64,000 bases of DNA, from positions 2,549 through 66,548 of the forward strand of contig JBBISJ010000010.1 of the NCBI GenBank assembly GCA_037441345.1. The letters run 5' to 3'. Position 1 is the first letter of the stretch. Each line of letters opens with the position of its first letter. The stretch comes from Chloroflexota bacterium. GTDB taxonomy: Bacteria; Chloroflexota; Dehalococcoidia; SM23-28-2; RBG-16-64-32. Positions 30,187 through 40,324 of this stretch are shown here, one piece after another. A model generated the notes under the pieces. It was given only the letters and a program-made list of their open reading frames with translations, made no database searches and was not told the origin of the DNA. Position numbers and translations under genes: made by a program.

Positions 30187-30426
30187 TTACCGGGACGCCA
30201 GCACGTCGTATAGATGACCGCCGTCAACCGTTCCCCCGGCCACCTCGATTCCATCCACTGTGATTATCGGAATACGGTCCCAATACTTCTCGTGAGCTGA
30301 GCTATTTTCGTCGATATTTACGATTTCAAGCTCAAACCGGATCGTCTTGCCGATTTGACGCAAGAGATCTTCCGCATCGCGGCAGATAGCACACGCCGGG
30401 CGCGTGTAGAGGGTGACAAGCTTCAA
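30187..30426 (-). CDS. Glutaredoxin-like protein (DUF836 type)
   Basis: LYTRPACAIC, IPII. Confidence 0.85.
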   Translation of the reverse strand: MKLVTLYTRPACAICRDAEDLLRQIGKTIRFELEIVNIDENSSAHEKYWDRIPIITVDGIEVAGGTVDGGHLYDVLASR

Positions 30427-31316
30427 CCGGAACTGGTCTCCTCGGTGTTGGCGGGTGAGGCCTGAGGTTCCTCAAGGCCGCGACGACGCCGCTCCGCGCG
30501 CGGCTCGCCGGCGGGCGGGGTCATGAGCAAGTAGGTGATGCCGCCGCCGCCCAGCGGGATCGCTGCCAGGGCGATCGTCTGCGCGGTCGTGAGCCCCAGG
30601 AAGACCTGGTCATCGAGGCGGAGGAAGCTGACGGCGAAGCGCAAAAGACCGTAGAGCAGGACCCAGGCGAAAAATGTGACACCGGCACGGGGGACGCGGA
30701 AGTAAACGAACAGGAGCGCCACGAAGATGATCAGGTCCCCGATCATCTCGTAGGCCACGGCCGGGTGCTGAGGCGCCGCGTCCGCGCCGAAGCGGATGAA
30801 GCTGGGGCTGTTCGGGTCGGTGTAGACGACGCCCCAGGGCAGGTCCGTCGAGTCGGCGAAGTGCTCGCCGTTGATGATGTCGCCGATGCGGCCGACCGCC
30901 ATACCGATGATTCCGCCGATAGCCGCGATGTCGGCGCCGCGAGGGATGTTCGGCACCTTGGTGATCATCGCGAACGTCCAGGCGCCGATTGTGCCGCCGA
31001 TCAGGGCGCCGTAGATCGAGATGCCACCGGCGTTCAGCGCAAATATCTGGCCGAGGTCGTCTTCGAAGTCTCCCCAGTTTTCGATTACGTACAGCCCGCG
31101 TGCGCCGATGATGCCGCCTATGACCAGCGCCAGCGCGACGTTGTACACCATGTCCTCCGGGTATCCCATGCGCCGGGCGAGCCATGATGCGATGGCGACT
31201 CCGGCGACGACGCCGACGGCGGTGAAGAGACCGTGCCAGGTGATCTCGACGCCGGCGACCCTGGCGATCGTTGGGTCGACCCCGATGTTGATGGCGAGCA
31301 TGGCAAGATCAGTCAT
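30423..31316 (-). CDS. lgt: Prolipoprotein diacylglyceryl transferase
   Basis: IGARGLYV, GRIGDIINGE, HPAVAYE, RFAVSFLR. Confidence 0.93.
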   Translation of the reverse strand: MTDLAMLAINIGVDPTIARVAGVEITWHGLFTAVGVVAGVAIASWLARRMGYPEDMVYNVALALVIGGIIGARGLYVIENWGDFEDDLGQIFALNAGGISIYGALIGGTIGAWTFAMITKVPNIPRGADIAAIGGIIGMAVGRIGDIINGEHFADSTDLPWGVVYTDPNSPSFIRFGADAAPQHPAVAYEMIGDLIIFVALLFVYFRVPRAGVTFFAWVLLYGLLRFAVSFLRLDDQVFLGLTTAQTIALAAIPLGGGGITYLLMTPPAGEPRAERRRRGLEEPQASPANTEETSSG

Positions 31317-33042
31317 TGTCTCCGTCGTCCTTTACCCTGGCACCCGCCGCGACGGCGATATCCGCCAGTTCGCGGGTGTAGTTGGCGTGGCCCGGCGCCT
31401 GCCCGGCAAGCGATAGTTGGGCCCCGGTAATTCTAGCCCATAGCCGGCGTCTGGGCACCCAGAACGTAATCATCAGGCCCACGACGATGGCCGCGGCGCC
31501 TATCCATACGAGGTTGTCGCTGCGGTCACGTTTAGCCTCGATGCCAACGAACTCGCGCTGGCCCTCAAATCCGTACTCCAGGCCGTCCACCTCGATGCTT
31601 TCCCCCGGCGCCAGGGTGATCGACTGCGGCTGCAGGCCGACGAGCGTGAGCCGGGGCTCGCCCGGCGGCGCCGCAGCGGACACGTCCCCGCCCGATGTAC
31701 GGTCGGTGCCGTATACGACGTTCGTCATCAGGAACAGCGCGTCTCCCAGGCCCCCACCGGCAGCTTCGGGCAGGGGAAACTCGGGCACGACGGCGCTCGG
31801 CACGTCTTCCAGGCGCACGAACTCGAGCGAGAGATCGCCCGCGGTGTAGCGCCCACCGGGCGCAAGCGACGTCCGGATGGCGTCCTTCCCGGATGACGGC
31901 TCGAACACCACGAGGTCGCCACCTTCAACCGGCAGCCAGAAAGTGAGAGGGGTGCCGTCCGGCAGGCGCAGGAGGCCGGCGCGGTACTCACGGTCTTGCG
32001 CGCCGGCGGACTCGGTAAGGAGCACCGTGTCATCAAGCAACACGACTCCGTCGGAGCCGATGATCCGAATGTGCGGAGAGGGTGTCTTCTCGGCCAGGGC
32101 GGCGGTCTCGCGGTAAACGACGTTCCCCGTAGCCGCTTCGCGGACGACTAGCGTGGCGCCGTAGCCGAAGTACGCCGCCTGGTAGAAGTGAAAGCCGCGG
32201 TAGGCGCAGGGCGAATTGACGGTGGATGAACAGCGCAGGACTTCGGCGCCGTCCTGGAAGATCGCCAGGTCGGCACGGTAGTTCAGGGGCTGCCCGTCGT
32301 CGGCAAATTCAGCGTGGGCATTGATTAGCTGGACCTGCATCTGCCCCGGGTTCTTGACCGGGAACACCGGGAGCGTCGCGCCCTCTGACAGGAACAGGGG
32401 CGCGGAGTACGCATCCATCCTCGATACAACGGCGGACAGGATGAACACGATTACCGAGGCGTGAGTGAGGAACGTGCCTAGCTGTGCCCACTGGAACCGA
32501 TCTGCGAAGAGGTAGCTGTCGGTGCCGCTCGCCTCGGTGTAGACCTTGTAGCGCCGGGCCCGCAACACCGCGGAGAGCGCTTCCGGGTCCACCGCTCCTT
32601 CGGCGCGCACGCGGTGCGGCGCCAGGTCGAAGTACCTGTCCGGCACCCGCCGCCGCGGCCTGGTGATCGTCCGCCAGACACCCGGAAAACGGCTGACGAT
32701 GTACGACCCGGTCGACACGACCGTCACAGTCAGCAGGAGCGCGAACCAGCGCTGGTGGAAGACGTCGAAGAGACCGGCCGCGTCGATTGCATCGGTCGCG
32801 AAACCGAACCGCTCATGCTGCCGGTCCAGCCACTGCGCCTCCGCCATCGCATCGCCGCGCACGTTCGATGGGACCTGTGGGACGACCACGCCGGCCAGGC
32901 TGAGGAGCACCAGGAGCGCAAGCAGGAGGACGGCGAAGCGCACGCTGGTAAACAGCCACCAGACAGCTCGAAGCGGATTAATCAGCGAAAGGGTCCGGGA
33001 CCACCCGGGGGCTCGCTGCGGGACGGCCTTACCCGCCTCCAT
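31309..33042 (-). CDS. resB: Cytochrome c biogenesis protein ResB/Ccs1
   Basis: SVRFAVLLL, VVPQ, conserved TM His (LTHAS), VNSP, FWVPRRRLW. Confidence 0.88.
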   Translation of the reverse strand: MEAGKAVPQRAPGWSRTLSLINPLRAVWWLFTSVRFAVLLLALLVLLSLAGVVVPQVPSNVRGDAMAEAQWLDRQHERFGFATDAIDAAGLFDVFHQRWFALLLTVTVVSTGSYIVSRFPGVWRTITRPRRRVPDRYFDLAPHRVRAEGAVDPEALSAVLRARRYKVYTEASGTDSYLFADRFQWAQLGTFLTHASVIVFILSAVVSRMDAYSAPLFLSEGATLPVFPVKNPGQMQVQLINAHAEFADDGQPLNYRADLAIFQDGAEVLRCSSTVNSPCAYRGFHFYQAAYFGYGATLVVREAATGNVVYRETAALAEKTPSPHIRIIGSDGVVLLDDTVLLTESAGAQDREYRAGLLRLPDGTPLTFWLPVEGGDLVVFEPSSGKDAIRTSLAPGGRYTAGDLSLEFVRLEDVPSAVVPEFPLPEAAGGGLGDALFLMTNVVYGTDRTSGGDVSAAAPPGEPRLTLVGLQPQSITLAPGESIEVDGLEYGFEGQREFVGIEAKRDRSDNLVWIGAAAIVVGLMITFWVPRRRLWARITGAQLSLAGQAPGHANYTRELADIAVAAGARVKDDGDND

Positions 33043-33718
33043 CCGCGTCCCCTTCCGGCAGGATTTCGGCTATGCGGGTGTCCAGGTCGCTTCCGGCGAT
33101 TGCGCCCTGGACGTTTGTACCGTCCACCGCCCCCTCTAGCGGGCCTCTGAAGATGCTCCGTATCACCCCGCTGCGATCGATGAAGAACGTTGTGGGCAGG
33201 CCCAGCAGGCGGTACTCGTCGCCCACCTCGCCGTCGCGGTCGATCAGGACCGGGAAGTCGATGCCGTAGTCGTCGGCGAACGGCTGAATGATGGACTTAC
33301 CTTCCTGCAGGTTCAGCCCGATGATCACGAGGCCGTCGGCCGAATACTTGTCGTAGGCCTCGACGAACTGGGGCATCTCCTTTCGGCAGGGCCGGCACCA
33401 GGTGGCCCAGAAGTTGAGCACAACCGGCCGGCCGCGGTAGTCGCTCAGGCGCGACTCTCCGCCGTCGAGGTTTTCCAGCAGGAAATCGGGCGCCAGCGAA
33501 CCGACCGCGGCCGTCACGGAGGCGCCTTCCGGCACGAGCGCCGCCGGGAGATCGCGCGGCCCGTATTCTTCGCCGATGTCGGTTGTGCCGCCGGCGCGGT
33601 GGTCAAGCCAGTAGATGACCCCGGCGATCGCCAGGATCACGGCAGCCGGGTATGCGACTCGCCGCACAAAGCCGCGCCGGGGGGGCGCCTGTTGTTCCGC
33701 GCTGGATGCCTCGGTCAT
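33029..33718 (-). CDS. resA: TlpA/ResA thiol-disulfide oxidoreductase
   Basis: APDF, NFWATWCRPCRKEMP, LPTTFFID. Confidence 0.9.
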   Translation of the reverse strand: MTEASSAEQQAPPRRGFVRRVAYPAAVILAIAGVIYWLDHRAGGTTDIGEEYGPRDLPAALVPEGASVTAAVGSLAPDFLLENLDGGESRLSDYRGRPVVLNFWATWCRPCRKEMPQFVEAYDKYSADGLVIIGLNLQEGKSIIQPFADDYGIDFPVLIDRDGEVGDEYRLLGLPTTFFIDRSGVIRSIFRGPLEGAVDGTNVQGAIAGSDLDTRIAEILPEGDADGGG

Positions 33719-33758
33719 CGTCGTTGTTACAGGATACGTCTCCGCGCGCGTCGGGGAA

Positions 33759-34658
33759 TCACCTGAGGCCGAAGACCGCCTCGTACAGCGCGCGCGCTTC
33801 TTCTACTGATAGACCGGCTCCAAGGAATGAATTGCCAACGCGAATCTCGAAGTGCAGATGCTTGTTGTAGCCGGCCTGTGCGAGCGACTCGGGGGTGCCG
33901 GAGTCGCCAACGAAGGCGATGGTTTGCCCCTCCGTCACCTTCGTCCCAACCTGGACTTCCTGCGGGATGTCCGACAGGTGGGCGTAGCGCGTCACGATGC
34001 CGTCGCCGTGGTCGATCCAGACCTGGCGGCCGCGGAACTTGTCGAGAGTGCCCGGGTCGGTGTAGCCAAGCTGCGCGGTCAGGGCGAGGAGTTCATCGAT
34101 CTGTCGCTGCGTCAGTTGCTTGAATTCATGGTCGGCCCGGATCACGGTGCCGTCGGCGGGTGCAACGATCGGCAGCCCGAGCGGCACATCGACGCAGGAG
34201 AAGCCGGTGAAGAAGTCCACTCCCTCGTGCACGCCGTGCCGGTACTCGCGGGGGACGTTCGGTAGTTGCTGCTCGTCACGCGAAAGGCAGGCGCCCCGGA
34301 TGGGCATGATCATGCGGAACCCGATCGGGCTCTCTGATGACGGGCTGGACGCGGGGGAGATGCCGGCGGTGGCCGGATCGACGCCGGGTATCTTGAGTAT
34401 GTAGTCCACCACCAGCGCCGTTGGATCGGCGAGGTCGTTTGCTTCGATGATCGACTCCGGGGTGACGCCGAACCGTTCCGCGATGGCGCCGAGCGTGTCG
34501 CCGGCCTGGATGCGGTAGGCGAGTTCGAGAAGGCCGGGCGACGGGGATGGCGACGCGCGGCCGGTTGATGAGGGCGCACCGGACTGCGCCGGTGATCCCG
34601 TCGGCCGGCCGAAAGCCCCGCTGCCGCCGCAGGCGCCGGAGAGCAAGAAGGCGGCCAC
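33759..34658 (-). CDS. LysM plus M23 metallopeptidase (probable lipoprotein)
   Basis: YRIQAGDTLGAIAERFGV (LysM), HEGVD, YAHL, HLHFE; start uncertain. Confidence 0.88.
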   Translation of the reverse strand: MAAFLLSGACGGSGAFGRPTGSPAQSGAPSSTGRASPSPSPGLLELAYRIQAGDTLGAIAERFGVTPESIIEANDLADPTALVVDYILKIPGVDPATAGISPASSPSSESPIGFRMIMPIRGACLSRDEQQLPNVPREYRHGVHEGVDFFTGFSCVDVPLGLPIVAPADGTVIRADHEFKQLTQRQIDELLALTAQLGYTDPGTLDKFRGRQVWIDHGDGIVTRYAHLSDIPQEVQVGTKVTEGQTIAFVGDSGTPESLAQAGYNKHLHFEIRVGNSFLGAGLSVEEARALYEAVFGLR

Positions 34659-34695
34659 GATGGCCGCCGTCGTGATCGACGCCGTGGCCCGGGCG

Positions 34696-34905
34696 CTACT
34701 TTTTAACGGGATAACCCTCTTCCTCCATCGCCGCCTCGATTTGCGCCAGCGCCGTCTGAGCGGCGTCGTACTCCACCGTGACGGACTTAACGGATGGGTC
34801 GCCGGACAGGAACTTCACGCCCGGCAGCTTGTCCACCACCTGCTGGATCGAGTGGATGCAGTGATCGCAGGAAATGTCCGGGGCCTCAAGTGTCGCTTTC
34901 TCCAT
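34696..34905 (-). CDS. copZ: Copper chaperone / HMA domain protein
   Basis: DISCDHC metal-binding motif, EEGY. Confidence 0.88.
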   Translation of the reverse strand: MEKATLEAPDISCDHCIHSIQQVVDKLPGVKFLSGDPSVKSVTVEYDAAQTALAQIEAAMEEEGYPVKK

Positions 34906-34908
34906 GGG

Positions 34909-35661
34909 TCAGCCTCCAAGCCTGATGAGCGTCCTTCTTGTTGCGAGCCGCACCGCTTCCTGGTGAGCCGCCTCCTCTACCATATCGTCCAGCGGCTCAA
35001 GCTGCACGTCACCGTGGCGCCGCTGGAGCGCAAGCGTAACCAGGTGGTCTGCGAAGCGCGGGTTCTTGGGCAGGAGGGAGCCGTGCAGGTAGGTGCCGAA
35101 GACGTTGCGGCGGACAGCGCCCTCGGAGCGGTCTTTGCCGTTGTTGCCGTGGCCTGAGATGATCTTCGCCAGCGGCGAGGCGCCATTCCCGAGGAACGTG
35201 CGGCCGCCATGATTCTCAAAGCCTACAACCGTCATGCCGCGCCACTCTGCGACAACGTTTCCGATGAAGCGGCGGGCCTGCGCGCCGGGGTGCACGGTGT
35301 GGATGTCCAGCAGGCCGAGGCCGGGCAACTCCTCCCCGCCGGCCTCCCTGTAATAGTGGCCCATCAGCTGGTAGCCGCCGCAGACGGCGAGGATGACGAC
35401 TCCGCTCTCAGCAGCCAGGTGCAGTGCCTCGCCCTTGACTTCGCGCAGGTCCTGCGCGACGCGTTGCTGTTCGCGGTCCTGGGCGCCGCCGATGAAGGCC
35501 ATGTCGAATCTCTCGGGATCCAGGGGGGCGCCGATGTCCAACTCTTCCACTTCCAGCGAAATGCCGCGGCGCCAGCAGCGCTGGCGCAGACTGATGATGT
35601 TGCCGCGGTCGCCGTAGATATTCATCTGCTTCGGATAGAGGTGCGCCAGGCGAAGGTTCAA
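34909..35661 (-). CDS. gatD: Glutamine amidotransferase GatD (CobQ-like)
   Basis: HLYP..MNIYGDRGN, AVCGGYQ, GFENHGGRT, YLHGSLLPKNP. TTG start overlaps the murT stop. Confidence 0.92.
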   Translation of the reverse strand: MNLRLAHLYPKQMNIYGDRGNIISLRQRCWRRGISLEVEELDIGAPLDPERFDMAFIGGAQDREQQRVAQDLREVKGEALHLAAESGVVILAVCGGYQLMGHYYREAGGEELPGLGLLDIHTVHPGAQARRFIGNVVAEWRGMTVVGFENHGGRTFLGNGASPLAKIISGHGNNGKDRSEGAVRRNVFGTYLHGSLLPKNPRFADHLVTLALQRRHGDVQLEPLDDMVEEAAHQEAVRLATRRTLIRLGG

Positions 35662-37052
35662 CGGCTTTCCCCCTGCCAGAAGGCGCCCCGCCCCGCCCAA
35701 CGGCCGAGGACGTTGCGGACCTCCAGCATCGCGGTGTAAGTGGGGATCACATAGAGGGTTTCGCCTTCGGGCGTCTGGCCCAGAGCGATGCGCAGGGCGC
35801 GCTTCGTGGAAGGCTCGACACGCGGCGCGTCGGCGAGACCGGCGTACTTCAGGCGCAGCGCCATGTCCCATGCGCGCCGGCCGGAGACGGTCAGGCCCCG
35901 CAGCTTGCCGGCGAGGAGATCGAAGTCCACGTCCCAGATCCAGGAGATGTCCCGCCCGTCCGCGACCCGGTCGTTCAGGAAGAACGCCACGTCCATTTGC
36001 GGGTTATTGGAGCGGATTGTCCGCAGTACCTGGTTGAGGCCCGCGGGGTTCTTGGCGAGGATGATCTCCACCTGCCGCCCCTGCACCAGGAGCCGTTCCT
36101 GCCGCCCGAACGCTGCAGTGGACTGCGCCAGTCCGTTCCGCAGAACAGCGTTGTCGAGGCCGAGGGCCACACCCCCGGCTGCGGCCGCGAGCGCGTTGTA
36201 GACGTTGTACAGCCCCTGCAGGGGCAGGGTCACCGCAAATTCTCCGGCGGGCGTATGGAACTCGCAGTCCATCCCATCCTGCGCCGGTGTGGCGGACACG
36301 CACGCGACGTCAGGCCGCGGCCGGGCGCTGCCGCAGGAATCGCAGGCCCAGTGTCCGATATGGCCGTAGAAGACCGCAGTGTACCCAAGCTCGGCCCCGC
36401 ACCAGCGGCACCACCGCGCGTCGGCCGCGTGTTCAATGCCGGCTGAGGACGCACGGGGGTCGTCCAGGCCGTAGACGATGACCCTCCCCCGGGCATGCTC
36501 GCCGAGTGATGCCGTGGAAGGGTCATCACCGTTGATCACGATGATCACGCCTTCCGGGAGCGCCCGGACGGCTTCCTGCCAGAGCGACGCAACCGTGTCC
36601 ACCTCGCCGTAGCGGTCGAGCTGGTCCCGGAAAAGGTTGGTAAAGACGATCGCGCGGGGGGCGACTTCGCGGGCAACGAGGGGTAGCGTGGCCTCGTCGA
36701 CTTCGAAGACGCCGGCGCGGTTTGCCGGACTGCGCACATCGCCTCGCCAGCCCGCCGCCCCGGCCAGCGCGGCCGCGATTCCCCGCATCATGTTCGAGCC
36801 TTCGGCGTTCGCGACCGGCTGCATGCCGGCGCCGGCGACGATATTGCGGAGGAGGCGCGACGTCGTAGTCTTGCCGTTGGTGCCGGTGACGAGCACGGAA
36901 CCGAGCGCCATCTGCCCGGCCAGGGAGCGCACAATGCCGGGGTCGATCCTTTCGGCGATGAGCCCGGGGAGGGCGGTCCCTCCGCCGGCCCCCAGCCGGC
37001 GGCTGAGGCGGGCGGCGATCCCGGCGGCGGTTACAGCGGCTGCGCGTCGCAC
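35658..37052 (-). CDS. murT: Mur ligase-like MurT (DUF1727)
   Basis: GTNGKTTT, NLFRDQLDRYGE, two CxxC, AKNPAG, DGRDISWIWD, PTYTAML. Confidence 0.93.
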   Translation of the reverse strand: MRRAAAVTAAGIAARLSRRLGAGGGTALPGLIAERIDPGIVRSLAGQMALGSVLVTGTNGKTTTSRLLRNIVAGAGMQPVANAEGSNMMRGIAAALAGAAGWRGDVRSPANRAGVFEVDEATLPLVAREVAPRAIVFTNLFRDQLDRYGEVDTVASLWQEAVRALPEGVIIVINGDDPSTASLGEHARGRVIVYGLDDPRASSAGIEHAADARWCRWCGAELGYTAVFYGHIGHWACDSCGSARPRPDVACVSATPAQDGMDCEFHTPAGEFAVTLPLQGLYNVYNALAAAAGGVALGLDNAVLRNGLAQSTAAFGRQERLLVQGRQVEIILAKNPAGLNQVLRTIRSNNPQMDVAFFLNDRVADGRDISWIWDVDFDLLAGKLRGLTVSGRRAWDMALRLKYAGLADAPRVEPSTKRALRIALGQTPEGETLYVIPTYTAMLEVRNVLGRWAGRGAFWQGESR

Positions 37053-37144
37053 CCTTAGAACGATAGACCGTTTGGGTTCAGGAACAAAGACGGCGCGGGC
37101 GCTGCGTAACCTTTCCGGCGGTGACTCCGTCTCACGATGTGAGA

Positions 37145-37957
37145 ATGATACCCGCCGAACGACAACCTGGTTCAGCGCCCGCCCCGGCCGGCGGTACGGT
37201 GCCGGCGGCCGTCCACGAGGCGACCCGGCGCGCGTTGAGGATCGCTTCCGCGGAGGAGGCGGCGAGCCTGGCCCGGCGCCTGGTCCGGGACCTGGGCGGC
37301 AGCGTCTGCGATTCCCGGACGGAGCCGGACTGCATCGCGATCGACATCTCGTTTGGCACGGGTGGGCGGGTCTATCCGATGGCTCCCGGAGACACCCCCG
37401 CGCGCTGGATGATCGAGCGACACCTGCCGGGGTTCATCGAGGACTTGCAGGCGGCACTGGAGCATCAGCACGCCCTGGAGCGGCGCGCGAGGGACGCGGG
37501 GCTCGACGCGCTCACCGGGCTGCCGGAGCGCGCTTCGATGGGCCGGCTCATGGCCCGCCTGGCCCAGGGCGACGTGCTCATCGCCATCGACCTGGACGAT
37601 TTCGAGCAGATTAACGAGAGTGACGGACGGCAGGCGGGCGACGCGGTCCTGCGCACATTCGGCAGAGTATTGCGTGAAACCGTAAGGGCGAACGAGGTGT
37701 GCGGCCGCATGGGAGGGGACGAATTCCTGGTCGTTCTGTACCAGGCGACTGAAGAGACGGCGCTGGCGTTCCTGAACCGGCTGCAGCAGCGGTGGTCCGG
37801 CATTGCGGCATCGCTGCCCGGGATCAGCGCTGGTGTCGCGGCCGTCACAGCGTCCGGATGGCGCCCCGCGCTACTCGCGGCGGACCGAGCACTGCTGCGG
37901 GCGCGAAAGGCGGGCCCGCGCACGTGGGACACCGCCTGCGCCAGCGACTATCACTAG
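37145..37957 (+). CDS. GGDEF domain protein (diguanylate cyclase)
   Basis: DALTGL, IDLDDF, AGDAVL, RMGGDEF. Confidence 0.88.
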   Translation: MIPAERQPGSAPAPAGGTVPAAVHEATRRALRIASAEEAASLARRLVRDLGGSVCDSRTEPDCIAIDISFGTGGRVYPMAPGDTPARWMIERHLPGFIEDLQAALEHQHALERRARDAGLDALTGLPERASMGRLMARLAQGDVLIAIDLDDFEQINESDGRQAGDAVLRTFGRVLRETVRANEVCGRMGGDEFLVVLYQATEETALAFLNRLQQRWSGIAASLPGISAGVAAVTASGWRPALLAADRALLRARKAGPRTWDTACASDYH

Positions 37958-38007
37958 ACCCCACGCATTGACACCCCGCGGAGGCTCCGATAGGCTCACG
38001 CTCGCAC

Positions 38008-38721
38008 GTGTCTTTTGAACTGATCGCGCCGGCCGTCTATGCAATCCCGCTGGGCTACGTGAACGCATTCGCGTTCGCCACCGAGGCCGGCCTTTGCCTG
38101 GTCGACTCCGGGCTCAAGGGGCATGAGAAGAAGCTGCTGAAGGCGGTGGCAGGCATGGGGCGCAGCGCTTCGGATGTTTCGGACATACTGATCACTCACC
38201 ATCACGCCGACCACGTCGGTGCGCTTGCGGCGATGAAGCGGGAAACCGGCGGCAGCGTGTACATCCACCCCATCGACGCGCCGATCGTGGCGGGCGATCA
38301 GCCGAGGCCGCCGGCGAGCAAGTCCAGCATCCTGGGGCTCACACTGGGCCCCCTGGTGTCGCGTCTGCCAATGAACCACCCACCAGCGGCTACTGGGGAT
38401 CATGAAGTATCGGACGGCGACGAGCTGGCCCTGGGCGCGGGAGTCACGGTGATCCACACGCCGGGGCACACGCTCGGTAGCGTGTCGTACCTCCTGAATG
38501 ACCACGGCGGGGTGCTGTTTGCCGGCGACGCCGCCGGTCACATGTTCGGCAGGCTGGGGAAGCCGTTCGCCATGTTCACGGAAGACATGGCGCAGGCGAA
38601 GGAGAGCATCCGTAAACTGGCGGGGGTGGAGTTCGACATCGCCTGCTTCGGCCACGGGAGTGTCCTGAAGGGCAGCGCGCACGCCGAGTTCCGCCGCTAC
38701 GTTGACAAGATGGCGCGTTAG
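38008..38721 (+). CDS. Metallo-beta-lactamase fold hydrolase
   Basis: THHHADHVG, TPGHT, AGD, FGHG. Confidence 0.93.
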   Translation: MSFELIAPAVYAIPLGYVNAFAFATEAGLCLVDSGLKGHEKKLLKAVAGMGRSASDVSDILITHHHADHVGALAAMKRETGGSVYIHPIDAPIVAGDQPRPPASKSSILGLTLGPLVSRLPMNHPPAATGDHEVSDGDELALGAGVTVIHTPGHTLGSVSYLLNDHGGVLFAGDAAGHMFGRLGKPFAMFTEDMAQAKESIRKLAGVEFDIACFGHGSVLKGSAHAEFRRYVDKMAR

Positions 38722-38745
38722 GCGACCAGGAAGGGAGAGCACCGA

Positions 38746-39054
38746 ATGATCCGCGTATCCGTACTGTACCCACCGAGCGACAGGTTCGACCTGGACTACT
38801 ACATCAACAGCCACATGAGAATGATCGCGGAGAAGTGCGGTTCCGCGCTGCTACGGTCCGAGGTGGACAAGGGCCTGCAGGGCGCGATGCCGGGCTCGCC
38901 TGCGCCGTATGCCGCCGTCGGCCACCTCTACTTCAACTCGGTGCCGGAGTTCGCGGCGGCGTTCGCGCCCCACGCGGGGGCGATCATGGCGGACCTGTCG
39001 AACTACACGGACAGCCGGCCGCAGGTGCAGATCAGCGAAATCATTTCTGGGTAG
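38746..39054 (+). CDS. EthD family protein
   Basis: MIRVSVLYP, FDLDYY..H, DLSNYTD..P.VQISE. Confidence 0.9.
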   Translation: MIRVSVLYPPSDRFDLDYYINSHMRMIAEKCGSALLRSEVDKGLQGAMPGSPAPYAAVGHLYFNSVPEFAAAFAPHAGAIMADLSNYTDSRPQVQISEIISG

Positions 39055-39072
39055 CGCGCTAAGATGGGTGGT

Positions 39073-39162
39073 GGAGGGGTGGCAGAGCGGTTGAATGCGA
39101 CGGTCTTGAAAACCGTTAGGGTCGCAAGGCCCTCGCGGGTTCGAATCCCGCCCCCTCCGCCA
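39073..39162 (+). tRNA. tRNA-Ser(TGA)
   Basis: GGAGGGG/CCCCTCC acceptor stem, ACGGT-CT-TGA-AA-ACCGT, long variable arm, GGTTCGAATCC, encoded CCA; TAAGAT box 7 nt upstream. Confidence 0.97.
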
Positions 39163-39238
39163 TGATGTCCGGGCTGGGGCCCTGACCCCACAGGGCGGGT
39201 GCGGTCCCTGCCTGTTGGCAAGGCGGCCGTGATGCAGC

Positions 39239-40246
39239 TTACGCGGTGTGCCTGGCGCGGCGGCTGACGTTCACGAACTCCCCCGCGTGGACGGAGTCGT
39301 GCTCGCCGATGAAGGCGATGTAGTCGCGGAGCGCCACCTCCCGGCCGTCGGCAAAGCGGATTACCCGGTCGAGGTGTTCGGGAGCGAGCCGGCCCACGAG
39401 AAGCATGAGTTCGTGGCGGTTCCGCGCCATCGTATCGATGACCCCGGCCAATGGCAAACCTTCCAGGGGCTTGATGCTCTCCTGGTTCCATTCGTCGGTG
39501 CGAAGGATGGACTCCATGGCGGCGGGGTCGCCTTCGCCCAGGATGCCGCGCAGGCGGGTCTGAGGGCGGAGGTCGTTGGTGGCGACGTGGGCGAGGACCT
39601 GGCGGTAGGTCCAGCCATGGGGCGCGTAGGCGGTCTCGTCCCAGGCGTCGTCGGCGACGGAGTAGATCGCCCGCAGGAGTCCTTCCCGGCCGCGCACCAT
39701 CTGGCGTACGGCCTCGTCCAATTCATGGGCGTAGGAGAGCGTGGCGGGCTTCCAGTCGATTCTCAGGGCCCGGCGGATGTCGTCGGCGTGCTCGCGGTCG
39801 TGGTAGCCGTACCAGAGCCAGTCCTCGACGCGCACTTCGTAACGGGGCCCCATGGGAACGGGGTACTCCAGCACCGGGACGTGAGAGTTGTCGAGGCGGA
39901 GAGTGGCCTCGATTCGGGCGTCGTGGGCCTCGAACAGGAGCTGGCGCAAGTCCTCCGGGGTGTAGCGGCGGCGCTCATCGATTATCTCCTGGTTGCGTGA
40001 ACGGACGTCGAACGTCTTCGAGGTGTCGGCGATGAATTGCGGTGTCAGCACGCCGGCCGCGATGAGGCCGGGGCCGGAAGGAGACATGTCGCCGATGCAG
40101 TGCGCGACGAGGTCCTTGACGGTCCAGTCGCCGTAGGGGACGCCGCGCCCCCAGTCTTCGGGCTTCAGCGAATCGACGACACGCAGGAGTTCGCGGTGCG
40201 CATGCTGGAGGTCGACGACGGCGGCGAGAGCCTGCGGGAGCGTCAC
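39239..40246 (-). CDS. Tandem DinB/MDMPI-like domain protein
   Basis: Two repeats: WTVKDLVAH...HDREH and WTYRQVLAH...HDSVH. Confidence 0.85.
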   Translation of the reverse strand: MTLPQALAAVVDLQHAHRELLRVVDSLKPEDWGRGVPYGDWTVKDLVAHCIGDMSPSGPGLIAAGVLTPQFIADTSKTFDVRSRNQEIIDERRRYTPEDLRQLLFEAHDARIEATLRLDNSHVPVLEYPVPMGPRYEVRVEDWLWYGYHDREHADDIRRALRIDWKPATLSYAHELDEAVRQMVRGREGLLRAIYSVADDAWDETAYAPHGWTYRQVLAHVATNDLRPQTRLRGILGEGDPAAMESILRTDEWNQESIKPLEGLPLAGVIDTMARNRHELMLLVGRLAPEHLDRVIRFADGREVALRDYIAFIGEHDSVHAGEFVNVSRRARHTA

Positions 40247-40324
40247 GAGGGAATCATACGACGCAGGGGTTGCGGCGTCATCGGGTGGGAGCGGGGGGAG
40301 CAGGGGAGCAATCGCGGTTGAGAA

